From an uncultured Burkholderiales bacterium (GTDB lineage: Bacteria; Actinomycetota; Acidimicrobiia; IMCC26256; JAGPDB01), in NCBI GenBank assembly GCA_964516875.1, contig CAZFAO010000002.1, positions 57,681 to 121,680 of the forward strand: a stretch of DNA of 64,000 bases. Reading direction: 5' to 3'. Each line of letters opens with the position of its first letter. Within the stretch, counting starts at the first letter, position 1. The position numbers and the translations under genes are program-made. This document shows positions 38,638 through 47,856 of the stretch, piece by piece. The notes beneath the pieces were generated by a model. The model saw nothing but the letters and a program-made list of their open reading frames with translations. It did no database searches and had not been told where the DNA came from.

Positions 38638-39585
38638 GTGCCTGTTGTCATTTCGTCTCACCATGAATCTCTCTATGATCGTTTATTGTCGTCGGGTGCT
38701 CTTGTGCTGCGAGAAGCTGATGCACTGACACAAGACATTCGACCGGCGCGTATAGGTTTACTTAATCTCATGCCTGCACCGGCGATGGAATCAACAGAGA
38801 ACCAGTGGCTGCGCTATATCAGTAATACTGTTTTACAAGTAGAGCCTGTCCTTCTTAAGTTTGATGATGACCCTCGCGATTATGAAGGTTCAACGCGACG
38901 AGAAATACTCAAAAATTATTTGGCATTTTCCGAAGGGGCAAAGGATGGTCTTGATGCTTTGATTGTCACGGGAGACAATCTTGAGCTGCGAAAAGAGCAA
39001 ACAGACACACATGTTGGCTTACCCTTCGAAGAGATTCGTTATGGTGATGAATTAAAGAAAATCATCGATTGGGCGCGAACAAATGTGTTTTCAACTATTT
39101 ATTCGTGCCTCGCTGCCCATTTTGCGCTCAACCATCTCTACGGAATTGAACGTCACATTGCAGATCATAAAGTTTTTGGTATCTTTGAGCACGAAGTGAG
39201 CAAATATACACGTAGTCCTATTACTTTGGGAATGGATGACGTCCTCAGCGCACCACATTCTCGCTGGGGCTACATGAAGTCACGTGATTTAAAAGACGCC
39301 GGCGTTCAAGTTTTGGCTGAGCACGGTGAAAATGGTTGGCTGCTTGCGACAGATCACAATAACAATGGTGGACTCGATCTCTTTGTGCAAGGTCATCCTG
39401 AATACGATAAATACGATCTCCACAGTGAATTCAAACGCGACTGGGAAAGTGGTCAACGCATGCCCTTGGATTATTACGATTCGAATAATCCAGCTTCGCT
39501 TCCTCGTATGACATGGGCGAATGATGCACGTGCATTGCATGCGAACTGGATGTCGATGTTATATAAGCACTTTTCAGGCTTGTAA
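38638..39585 (+). CDS. metA: Homoserine O-acyltransferase, MetA (HTS) family, probably acetyltransferase
   Basis: IGLLNLMP, IVTGDNLE, catalytic SCLAA, PHSRW, GHPEYD. Confidence 0.88.
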   Translation: MPVVISSHHESLYDRLLSSGALVLREADALTQDIRPARIGLLNLMPAPAMESTENQWLRYISNTVLQVEPVLLKFDDDPRDYEGSTRREILKNYLAFSEGAKDGLDALIVTGDNLELRKEQTDTHVGLPFEEIRYGDELKKIIDWARTNVFSTIYSCLAAHFALNHLYGIERHIADHKVFGIFEHEVSKYTRSPITLGMDDVLSAPHSRWGYMKSRDLKDAGVQVLAEHGENGWLLATDHNNNGGLDLFVQGHPEYDKYDLHSEFKRDWESGQRMPLDYYDSNNPASLPRMTWANDARALHANWMSMLYKHFSGL

Positions 39586-40020
39586 AGAATCTTCTGCTTT
39601 TTTTTGGCTTCTTTTTTTACGCACTTCTCTCACTATTCCGTACGTGGCGACAGATGTTGTAAAAGTGAGAAGCGTTCCATAGATGATATATATTTTTGGC
39701 GTCAATGACTCTGTTGCAATGAGTACGTAGATGTCTGGCGCGAAAAAAAGAGCAAGTGTCAATGATCCAAAAATATAAAAACGAGACTTGTTGCGATCAA
39801 CGATTGCAAGGACAAGTTTCAGTGAACACAGGGCATAGGGGATAGAGAGCGATATCTCAAATAAGAAATACCAGACTCCATTCACGCCATATTTCGATAG
39901 AGTCTCTGAAATTATGAATGCACGTATTGCATCATAGATAATGACTCCCAATACCCAAAACTTTGTGAGCACCTTGCGACGCGCGGGTGTTAGGTGGTGC
40001 TGTAATCTCGTGCGTGTCAT
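39574..40020 (-). CDS. Hypothetical four-TM membrane protein
   Basis: Four hydrophobic segments and a basic C-terminal tail; start trimmed to ATG 40020. Confidence 0.65.
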   Translation of the reverse strand: MTRTRLQHHLTPARRKVLTKFWVLGVIIYDAIRAFIISETLSKYGVNGVWYFLFEISLSIPYALCSLKLVLAIVDRNKSRFYIFGSLTLALFFAPDIYVLIATESLTPKIYIIYGTLLTFTTSVATYGIVREVRKKRSQKKAEDSLQA

Positions 40021-40042
40021 CTCGCCCGCTAGCATAGAGGAG

Positions 40043-40795
40043 ATGAATAACGATTTAGAACCAGGCGTGGGCTGTTCCGAGGATATTCCTCTTTCGCGAC
40101 GTCTGTGGGCAGCATGGAGCATCCATTCATTTACTGCCTGTGGTGTCTTGTGTGCTCTCTTTGGAATCGTTGCAATTGCTAATGGTCACGCGGCGTCAGC
40201 GCTGTTGTGGTTGCTTGTTGCTCAGATTATTGATGGGGTGGATGGTCCCCTCGCGCGGGGTGCAGAAGTCAGTAAGTATTGTCCGAATATTGACGGTCAC
40301 TCCTTGGATCTCATTATCGACTATTTGACGTGCGTTGTTGTACCTGTCATTTTTATGTTGAAGTTTGACATGTTTCCCGCTCACATCGAACTCGCAATAG
40401 CGGGTTTGATACTTTTCACATCGGTTCTCTGGTTCGCGCGAAAAGACATTGAAACAAAAGATGATTGGTTCAGAGGATTTCCTACGGGGTGGAATCTGAT
40501 TGCAACGTCATTGTGGTTATTGGATTTTTCTCCAGCGATCAACGCAGTGGTTTCGTGTGTATTTATTGCGTTGACACTGTCAAACGTTAAGTTCTTCCAT
40601 ATCCTTCGTTCGCCGCAATATAAAACGTTGACGATAACTTTGACAACTTTCTATTTGCTTGTTATGACATTCATGATTTTTTCGGACGCTGACCACCATA
40701 ATGAATTTGGAAAAGTCGTGATCATCGCGTGGTTGATGTATTACCTCGGTATGGCTGTCTGGCGAACTCGTCAAGGCGACGAGCTCCCTTTATGA
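40043..40795 (+). CDS. pcs: CDP-alcohol phosphatidyltransferase, phosphatidylcholine synthase (Pcs)-like
   Basis: WSIHSFTACG, IIDGVDGPLAR...DGHSLDLIIDYLT, FRGFPTGWN; SD GAGGAG before ATG 40043. Confidence 0.78.
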   Translation: MNNDLEPGVGCSEDIPLSRRLWAAWSIHSFTACGVLCALFGIVAIANGHAASALLWLLVAQIIDGVDGPLARGAEVSKYCPNIDGHSLDLIIDYLTCVVVPVIFMLKFDMFPAHIELAIAGLILFTSVLWFARKDIETKDDWFRGFPTGWNLIATSLWLLDFSPAINAVVSCVFIALTLSNVKFFHILRSPQYKTLTITLTTFYLLVMTFMIFSDADHHNEFGKVVIIAWLMYYLGMAVWRTRQGDELPL

Positions 40796-40828
40796 AGGTC
40801 TGTCCTTCCTTTTAGGATAAAACGGACA

Positions 40829-42316
40829 TTAGGCTTCGGGGCGAAGAGTGGGGAAGAGAATCACGTCGCGGACGGTTTGAGTTTCTGCCAAAAGCATCAC
40901 GAGTCGATCGATTCCAATGCCGAGACCGCCCGTTGGGGGTAAGCCGTACTCGAGGGCTCGAATATATTCTTCGTCGATGGTTCCCGCTTCGTCATCGCCT
41001 GCATCGCGTGACGCTTGTTCGTGTTCAAAACGCTTGCGCTGTTCAATAGGATCGTTCAATTCAGAGAAAGCATTTCCGAGTTCTCGTCCTCCCACAACAA
41101 GTTCGAATCGCTCCACAAGAAATGGATCGTCTCGATGGGTTTTAGCTAACGGTGAAATCTCTTCGGGGTAATCAATCACAAAGGTGGGTTGGATGAGATC
41201 TTTTTCACAATGTTCGTCGTAGAGCTCACCGATGATTTTTCCGACACCCCAGTAGTCCTTCACGTCGAGGCCGTGTTTCTTAGCGATGAGAACAGCATCA
41301 GCTCGATCCATAGACGGATGCATCTCTTCGCCGATGCATTCCTTGATGAGATCGATCATGCTGACGCGGCGATATGGCGCTGCGAGTGAAATCTTGTTTT
41401 CACCAAATTCAATATCAGTGCGACCAATGGAAGCCATTGCGGCTTTGCTCACAATTTCTTCGGTGAGTTCCATCATTGTGTTGTAGTCAGCTAACGCTTC
41501 GTAACATTCCATCATTGTAAATTCTGGATTATGACGAGTTGAGATTCCCTCATTACGGAAAACACGACCAATTTCAAAAACGCGATCAATTCCACCAACA
41601 ATAAGACGCTTCAGGTGAAGTTCAAGCGCAATACGCATAAACAAATCCATATCGAGTGTGTTGTGATGCGTCAAAAATGGGCGAGCAGTTGCACCACCGG
41701 GTTGCGTATGCAGGACAGGGCCTTCGACCTCGACATATCCGCGATCAACGAGTGTTTTACGCACGCTGGCAATCGCGCTGTGGCGAATATCGAAACGTCG
41801 TCGAGATTCTTCGTTCATGACAAGATCGAGTTCTCGTTGACGGAAAATCTGATCGACGTCTGTCATCCCTTTGAACTTGTCGGGAAGGGGACGCAAGCAC
41901 TTAGAAAGTAAAGTCACTGAAGTTGTTTTAATGGAGAGCTCACCTTTTTTCGTAGTGAAAACTTCACCAGTGGCACTCACCCAATCACCAAGGTCGAGAT
42001 CGACGAATGCTGCAAAATCATCACCGAGATCAGCCTGTGAAACAAAAAGTTGAATCGATCCAGAGGAATCGCGAAGCGTCGCGAAGGACAATTTGCCCAT
42101 GTCGCGTTTAAGAACAATACGCCCAGCAACACTGTGAGTCACACCCGTGTGCTGCTCCGCTCCTAAATGTCCATACTCCGTCTGAAGATCGCCTGCGTAT
42201 GCGGTCCGTTCTCCCGTGACGGGGTAGGGATTGACCGACTTAGATTTAAGGTCATCGATTTTGTTGAGACGTAGTTGGCGTATATCAGAATCGGATGACG
42301 TCGCGGTTGGTTCCAT
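40829..42316 (-). CDS. lysS: Lysyl-tRNA synthetase class II
   Basis: [53 protein letters not shown]. Confidence 0.99.
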   Translation of the reverse strand: MEPTATSSDSDIRQLRLNKIDDLKSKSVNPYPVTGERTAYAGDLQTEYGHLGAEQHTGVTHSVAGRIVLKRDMGKLSFATLRDSSGSIQLFVSQADLGDDFAAFVDLDLGDWVSATGEVFTTKKGELSIKTTSVTLLSKCLRPLPDKFKGMTDVDQIFRQRELDLVMNEESRRRFDIRHSAIASVRKTLVDRGYVEVEGPVLHTQPGGATARPFLTHHNTLDMDLFMRIALELHLKRLIVGGIDRVFEIGRVFRNEGISTRHNPEFTMMECYEALADYNTMMELTEEIVSKAAMASIGRTDIEFGENKISLAAPYRRVSMIDLIKECIGEEMHPSMDRADAVLIAKKHGLDVKDYWGVGKIIGELYDEHCEKDLIQPTFVIDYPEEISPLAKTHRDDPFLVERFELVVGGRELGNAFSELNDPIEQRKRFEHEQASRDAGDDEAGTIDEEYIRALEYGLPPTGGLGIGIDRLVMLLAETQTVRDVILFPTLRPEA

Positions 42317-42382
42317 CTGAATATGTTAGTTCTTTCGTGTAGGCTTAATTCGTACTTTAGCGGGCCTGGGGAGGAAACCACA

Positions 42383-43870
42383 GTGGCATATTTGGACGAT
42401 TATCTGAAGCAATTTGTTTCGCAAGACGTTATTTCACAACTCAGTAAAGAAACAGTTTCTTTTGCGAGTGCGCTTGATGTTGTTGGTCAAACCTCTCCCG
42501 AAATTGCCGATGCAATTGCACAAGAACTTCGCGATCAACGTGCATCGCTCAAACTCATTGCATCTGAAAATTATGCTGATGTTGAAACGCTTCTTGCGAT
42601 GGGGAACTGGCTCACAGATAAGTACGCCGAAGGTTCGGTCGGCCACCGTTTTTATGCAGGATGTCAAAACGTTGACACAGTCGAGCGCATTGCATCTGAA
42701 AAAGCTTGCGAACTCTTCGGTGCTGAAAATGCTTACGTTCAACCTCACTCGGGAATCGATGCCAACTTAGTTGCATATTGGGCAATACTTGCCGCCAAAG
42801 TCGAAGCACCAGCAGTACAAGCAGCAAATGTTAAAAGCATCTACGAAATGCAAGAAGCAGATTGGGAAGCGCTGCGTCATGCGTTCGGCAACCAGCGAAT
42901 CCTCGGCCTTTCTCTCGATGCTGGCGGACACCTCACTCACGGTTTCCGTCCGAATATTTCTGGAAAAATGTTCGAGCACTTTTCCTATGGCGTTGATTCC
43001 GAAACTGGACTGATTGATTACGACGCGATGCGCAAGCAAGCTCACGAAGTGAAACCACTTATTTTGGTGGGTGGGTACAGTGCATATCCTCGCAAAGTTA
43101 ATTTCCGCATCATGCGAGAAATTGCTGATGAAGTCGGCGCGGTATTCATGGTTGACATGGCACACTTCGCGGGTCTTGTTGCAGGAAAAGTTTTCACAGG
43201 TGATTTCAATCCTGTGTTATTTGCCGATGTTGTGACAACAACAACACATAAAACTCTTCGCGGTCCTCGTGGCGGAATGGTGTTGTGTAAAGACTGGATG
43301 AACGAGTTCGTTCTTCGCGGATGTCCGCTTGTTCTTGGTGGTCCGCTCGGACACATGATGGCAGCCAAAGCAGTTGCGTTCGATAAAGCACTCGAACCTG
43401 TATTCCAAGAATATTCGCAACAGGTTGTCAAGAACGCTGCGGCTCTCGCAGATGAGCTCATGCGCTGCGGAGGAAAACTTACCAGCGACGGAACGGACAA
43501 TCACCTCATGGTTCTTGACTGTACAAGCTACGGCATTAATGGCCGTCAAGCTGACGCTGCACTATTGGAATCAGGCATTGTGACGAATCGCAATACTATT
43601 CCGAACGACCCTAACGGCGCTTGGTACACATCGGGTGTGCGCATTGGTACGCCAGCGCTCACGACGCGAGGGATGAAGGAAGACGACTTCCGCGAAGTGG
43701 CACGACTCATCGATGAGGTCTTGCGTGCGACGCAACCCGCGACGGGAGCTGACGGGAAAGCTTCGAAGGTCAAGTATGTTCTTGATTCTGATTTTGCGGA
43801 GAAAATCCGTACCCAGATTGGTGAATTGCTGAGCCGTTTCCCGCTTTATCCAGGAATAGAAATTCAGTAA
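42383..43870 (+). CDS. glyA: Serine hydroxymethyltransferase (long type)
   Basis: [15 protein letters not shown]-like [37 protein letters not shown]; GTG 42383 after GAGGAAA. Confidence 0.98.
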   Translation: MAYLDDYLKQFVSQDVISQLSKETVSFASALDVVGQTSPEIADAIAQELRDQRASLKLIASENYADVETLLAMGNWLTDKYAEGSVGHRFYAGCQNVDTVERIASEKACELFGAENAYVQPHSGIDANLVAYWAILAAKVEAPAVQAANVKSIYEMQEADWEALRHAFGNQRILGLSLDAGGHLTHGFRPNISGKMFEHFSYGVDSETGLIDYDAMRKQAHEVKPLILVGGYSAYPRKVNFRIMREIADEVGAVFMVDMAHFAGLVAGKVFTGDFNPVLFADVVTTTTHKTLRGPRGGMVLCKDWMNEFVLRGCPLVLGGPLGHMMAAKAVAFDKALEPVFQEYSQQVVKNAAALADELMRCGGKLTSDGTDNHLMVLDCTSYGINGRQADAALLESGIVTNRNTIPNDPNGAWYTSGVRIGTPALTTRGMKEDDFREVARLIDEVLRATQPATGADGKASKVKYVLDSDFAEKIRTQIGELLSRFPLYPGIEIQ

Positions 43871-43917
43871 CACTGGTTGTCTTAATTGCCTCAACAGGCG
43901 AAGAGAGCGAGTCAAAG

Positions 43918-44337
43918 ATGGATGCAGGTAAGCACCCGCACGAGATGACCGACGCTGATTGGCGTGACAAGCTCGACGACAATCAGTATCGCGTCCTTCG
44001 AGAAGCCGCAACGGAAGCTCCCTTTTCTGGAATGTATTGGGATACAACAGATGCTGGTGTTTATCGATGCGCAGGCTGCGATGTTGAGCTGTTTTTGTCT
44101 GAGAATAAATTTGAATCAGGATGTGGGTGGCCCAGTTTTGATAAGCCTGTTTCACCAGATGCAATCGAAGAAATCAGTGATACAACACATGGGATGGTGC
44201 GCACAGAAACAGTGTGCGCGAATTGTGGTGGCCACTTGGGACATGTCTTTAACGATGGTCCACGCGAAACCACTGGGCTTCGCTACTGTATTAATAGCGC
44301 CTCGTTGGACTTTAACGAACGAGATCAGTCATTCTGA
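43918..44337 (+). CDS. msrB: Peptide-methionine (R)-S-oxide reductase MsrB
   Basis: [36 protein letters not shown]. Confidence 0.98.
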   Translation: MDAGKHPHEMTDADWRDKLDDNQYRVLREAATEAPFSGMYWDTTDAGVYRCAGCDVELFLSENKFESGCGWPSFDKPVSPDAIEEISDTTHGMVRTETVCANCGGHLGHVFNDGPRETTGLRYCINSASLDFNERDQSF

Positions 44338-44398
44338 GCTTCATGCTGTCATCCAGAATTGCATCTGGTCATCCAGAGGACGAAGTCCGAAGGATCTC
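44328..44398. repeat. Family A palindromic element, left arm only, preceded by tandem GTCATYC starts
   Basis: gtcattctgagc (44328), gtcatccaga (44348), gtcatccagaggacgaagtccgaaggatctc (44368-44398), at 20-bp spacing. Confidence 0.75.
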
Positions 44399-44441
44399 TC
44401 TCTTCCTCTGTATGCCCTTTAGCTTCCAGCTCCTATCCTGA

Positions 44442-45332
44442 ATGTGCGAAACTGGTGCCGTGACTACATCTTTACGCAATAAGCACCTAACGCCAGAACA
44501 ATTTCGTACGCTGACATTTATAGCGTGTTTTTTTATTGGCGCGATTATTGTCACAGGCGCAAGTGTACGTGTCACAGGATCTGGTTTGGGATGTCCGAGT
44601 TGGCCGCAATGTAGCGGTAACGATCTTGTTCCTCGCGCAAGTGAGTCCGGTCATGCGTTTATCGAATTTGGAAATCGTGTTTTCACGGGATTGTTATCCA
44701 TCAGCGTCATCGTGGCGGTACTGGGAAGTTTCTTCCGCGAACCACGCTCGAAGCGATTGATCTGGCTGTCACTCGGACTAGTGCTTGGAGTCGTTGCACA
44801 AATCGTTCTCGGTGGAATAACCGTACTCGTGGGACTCAACCCACTATTCGTCGCTGCCCACATGCTCGTGTCGTGTGTCATTTTGAGCAACGCCATTATT
44901 TTGTGTGTGGTCAGTGCGCGCCGTGAGACGCCAGCCTTGCGGGGATTGTGGACTCGACATCGACAACTACTTATTGCTGCATTGACATTTATTGTTGTCA
45001 TCTTTGGGACATTCGTAACGGCAGCGGGCCCACATGCGGGGGATCAGGATGTGGAGAGATTAAATGTATCCGTACAAACTGTCGCTCGCGTCCATTCGTT
45101 GTCGGCATGGGTGCTTCTCCTCGTCGTTGCGTATTTCATCGTAATAAAAAAGGACCGAACGCTTTCGTTGCTTGTTTTGATGGGAACGATTGTTGTTCAG
45201 GGTGCTTGGGGTTATACACAATATGCTCTTGGTGTTCCATCGTGGATGGTAGTTGTTCACGTTTTGTTGGCCGCAATACTTTTCTCGGCATCCCAGGTGT
45301 ATTGGACGACATCGATTCAGAAGCGACATTAA
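44442..45332 (+). CDS. ctaA: Heme A synthase (Cox15/CtaA family)
   Basis: GASVRVTGSGLGCPSWPQC, IEFGNR, QIVLGGITV, HML, GPHAGD, QYALGVP...HV. Confidence 0.94.
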   Translation: MCETGAVTTSLRNKHLTPEQFRTLTFIACFFIGAIIVTGASVRVTGSGLGCPSWPQCSGNDLVPRASESGHAFIEFGNRVFTGLLSISVIVAVLGSFFREPRSKRLIWLSLGLVLGVVAQIVLGGITVLVGLNPLFVAAHMLVSCVILSNAIILCVVSARRETPALRGLWTRHRQLLIAALTFIVVIFGTFVTAAGPHAGDQDVERLNVSVQTVARVHSLSAWVLLLVVAYFIVIKKDRTLSLLVLMGTIVVQGAWGYTQYALGVPSWMVVVHVLLAAILFSASQVYWTTSIQKRH

Positions 45333-45335
45333 GCA

Positions 45336-45444
45336 GGTCCGACCTCCTGAACTCTTACCTCGTCATCCTGAACGAAGTGAAGGATCTCAAACGTACGCAG
45401 TGAATTCAATAGAGATTCTTCGTCGCTTCGCTCCTCTGAATGAC
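45336..45444. repeat. Composite repeat: family B motif plus a complete family A palindromic element
   Basis: ggtccgacctcctga (45336-45350) is the exact reverse complement of 13127-13141; gtcatcctgaacgaagtgaaggatctc (45362-45388) and gagattcttcgtcgcttcgctcctctgaatgac (45412-45444). Confidence 0.85.
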
Positions 45445-45453
45445 GATTATGAA

Positions 45454-46983
45454 TCAGTCGTTCACGAGTGCATCTTCTCCGAAGTGTTTTGTGATTCGAA
45501 TACGAACAGAACCGGGATGACGACCAAGCTTTTCGGTGAGTTCTGTAATGCTGATGTCAGAATCCTCGTTGTACAACTTCATGAGAAGTTCATCATCAGT
45601 TTTCGTCCACTTTTTATAAGCATTGGGATACGTTTCACGCATCTTTGCTAGCTTGGCAGCCCAGTCCGACGTATCTTTCTTAACTTCAGGTTTTTCGATC
45701 ACTCGCGTTTTTGCCTGTTCTGTCAAACTTTCAAAACGTTGTGCGTCTCGCGATGATTTTGCTTGCAACGCTTCGTCAATAGACAGTGCTTCTTCGCTGA
45801 CTTGCAAAGCTAAGCGATTCATACCCATCAAGCTGAGCGAATCAAGGTTTCGCACACGAGACAGGGCAACATAACCCATTCCCGGGACAAACGTCCGGCG
45901 TAAATCCATGCGTGCCGCATCGAGTGTCATGCCTTGGCTCTTATGAACCGTGACGGCCCACGCAAGGCGCAAAGGAATTTGTTCGATACTGGCGCGTTTT
46001 TTCTCGCCATCGCGCAACTCCCATGTTTCGGGCGCAATAGTGAGAATGCGTCCGCCGTTGAGCTTGACGATGGGGTAGTCGGTGCCGTCTTCAAAGTCGA
46101 TAACTGTTCCGAGAGATCCATTGACGTATCGTTTTTCAGGAGAGTTCTTGATACACATGACCAGTGCACCTTGTTTGAGAATGAGATCTTCAAGAGCTAA
46201 ACACGAACGTTTTAATGTCTCAACATAATTTTCTTTTCCTGTAAAACGTGCTTTGTAATAATGTTTTTCCCCATCGAGTGCATCGAGTTTCTTCGCATTC
46301 AAACCATCGACATCCACATTGGTGGTATGAAGTTCGGTGACTTCACCTTGTTCGGTAAGATCGGCATCTTGACGTGTCATCAAAGTGTCCGCATGACGGC
46401 GCCTCACATCACCTGCGCGAATAACGTTAAGTATTTCCAGATAACTGTCGTCGTCTTGACGATGTTGTTCAGAAAGGTAACAGACAACAGGATCGAGATC
46501 TTTGAAACTTGATGAACTCACAACAAAAGCACTGGGTGGTTCGCCACTGCGACTTACGGGAGGAAGCTGAAAAAAATCACCACATAAAATAACTTGAATG
46601 CCGCCGAAAGGTTCATCTTTGTTGCGAACTTTTCGTGTGACCTTATCGACCATGTCGAGTCGGTAATCATGCAACATCGAAACTTCGTCGATAATCAATA
46701 CGTCGGTATTTTCAATTGTGTCGTAGCGACCTTTGGGGAGTTGATCGAAAAAATTCTTTGGAAGTTCGTTGTGGATTCCAATGCCGGCCCACGAGTGAAT
46801 GGTGCTTCCGCCGAGGTGAGTAGCCGCAAGGCCAGTTGTGGCAGTGACAGCGACAGTTTTTCCTTGTTTCCGTGCCAAACGGATGTACTCATTGAGAATA
46901 AATGTTTTCCCAGATCCAGCAGGCCCCGTCAGCAATACGCTTTCGCCTGCCAACATAATTTCTAACGCTAACGCCTGATCCAT
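45454..46983 (-). CDS. Pif1-family (SF1B) DNA helicase with C-terminal HTH-like tail
   Basis: GPAGSGKT, IIDEVSM, GDFFQLPPV, LKQGALVMCIKN...VNGSLG, AVTVHKSQGMTL, YVALSR. Confidence 0.92.
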   Translation of the reverse strand: MDQALALEIMLAGESVLLTGPAGSGKTFILNEYIRLARKQGKTVAVTATTGLAATHLGGSTIHSWAGIGIHNELPKNFFDQLPKGRYDTIENTDVLIIDEVSMLHDYRLDMVDKVTRKVRNKDEPFGGIQVILCGDFFQLPPVSRSGEPPSAFVVSSSSFKDLDPVVCYLSEQHRQDDDSYLEILNVIRAGDVRRRHADTLMTRQDADLTEQGEVTELHTTNVDVDGLNAKKLDALDGEKHYYKARFTGKENYVETLKRSCLALEDLILKQGALVMCIKNSPEKRYVNGSLGTVIDFEDGTDYPIVKLNGGRILTIAPETWELRDGEKKRASIEQIPLRLAWAVTVHKSQGMTLDAARMDLRRTFVPGMGYVALSRVRNLDSLSLMGMNRLALQVSEEALSIDEALQAKSSRDAQRFESLTEQAKTRVIEKPEVKKDTSDWAAKLAKMRETYPNAYKKWTKTDDELLMKLYNEDSDISITELTEKLGRHPGSVRIRITKHFGEDALVND

Positions 46984-47064
46984 GGAACCCTTTGTGAAAT
47001 GAGTTCTATATTTTATCAGGTATCTCTCGATACGGAAACCAGTTGGTTTGGATATAAAAGTGAT

Positions 47065-47739
47065 TTATTGCTCAGTTTTGTTATCACTCACCGCTTTGAG
47101 CGCTTGTCGAATGGCAACCACTGCTCGATCAACTTCAAAGTCGCGAACTATCACCATGATTTCATTCATCGTCGTGATGACTTCAATAACGGAAATACCT
47201 TCCCACGCTAAAATACGAAGAGGGAATTGGAGTACACCGGTGGTTTCTATTTGTCCGTGAGTACGTTGTAGCGAAATACCTGTAAGTTCGGGTATAACGT
47301 GGACGATTGTTTCATCCTCCATCGCTCCATCGAGTTGGCCTTTGAGAGATGCACTCGTAATGATAGATGTTTCAACTGTTCCTTGAGTGAAAACAAACAG
47401 TGACGAAAAATGATCATCTCTTTTATTAGCGACCGCTGATAGCTTGTTGAGTAACTCGGGTGAGTTCTTCACAGTCATCTCAAATAAATCAGATCGTAAA
47501 GTAAGGTTTGCTAAGTAATCTGCTGGATTGACTTGGTAATACGGTTTGAGAGTTGCAGCATAACGCTGGAGGGCAACAAGAATCGATCCTTCGGTGACTT
47601 CTTTGTAGAGTTCTTTTTCGATTTGAGGTTTGAGTTTGCGAGCTAGGGACGACAAGTTGATGAGCTTATCGGTAATAGCTTCACGGAGATATGGTGATTG
47701 ATTGACGAGCTCTTCCACCCGTTGGGAGACAGTAATCAT
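47065..47739 (-). CDS. HTH-like plus ACT-like domain protein (no kinase domain)
   Basis: LINLSSLARKLKPQIEKEL...ILVALQRY N-terminus; C-terminal LAWEGISVIEVITTMNEIMVIV. Confidence 0.75.
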   Translation of the reverse strand: MITVSQRVEELVNQSPYLREAITDKLINLSSLARKLKPQIEKELYKEVTEGSILVALQRYAATLKPYYQVNPADYLANLTLRSDLFEMTVKNSPELLNKLSAVANKRDDHFSSLFVFTQGTVETSIITSASLKGQLDGAMEDETIVHVIPELTGISLQRTHGQIETTGVLQFPLRILAWEGISVIEVITTMNEIMVIVRDFEVDRAVVAIRQALKAVSDNKTEQ

Positions 47740-47856
47740 GTATATATTTATACACTGTTATTTAAATATGTACAATATATTTGGTAAATTGCCCGAATTG
47801 TGGCAATACGCTTTACTTATTGCTGCACATGAGAGTGATTTTGCAAGGAGGCGACA

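Noticed and set aside
42317-42382. Glycine or lysine riboswitch / T-box between lysS and glyA
   Set aside because: Only 66 bp are available and lysS appears leaderless.
44948-45651. ORFs 44948..45403 and 45253..45651
   Set aside because: They overlap ctaA in other frames and run through the palindromic repeat (VILNEVKDL is the translated repeat arm).
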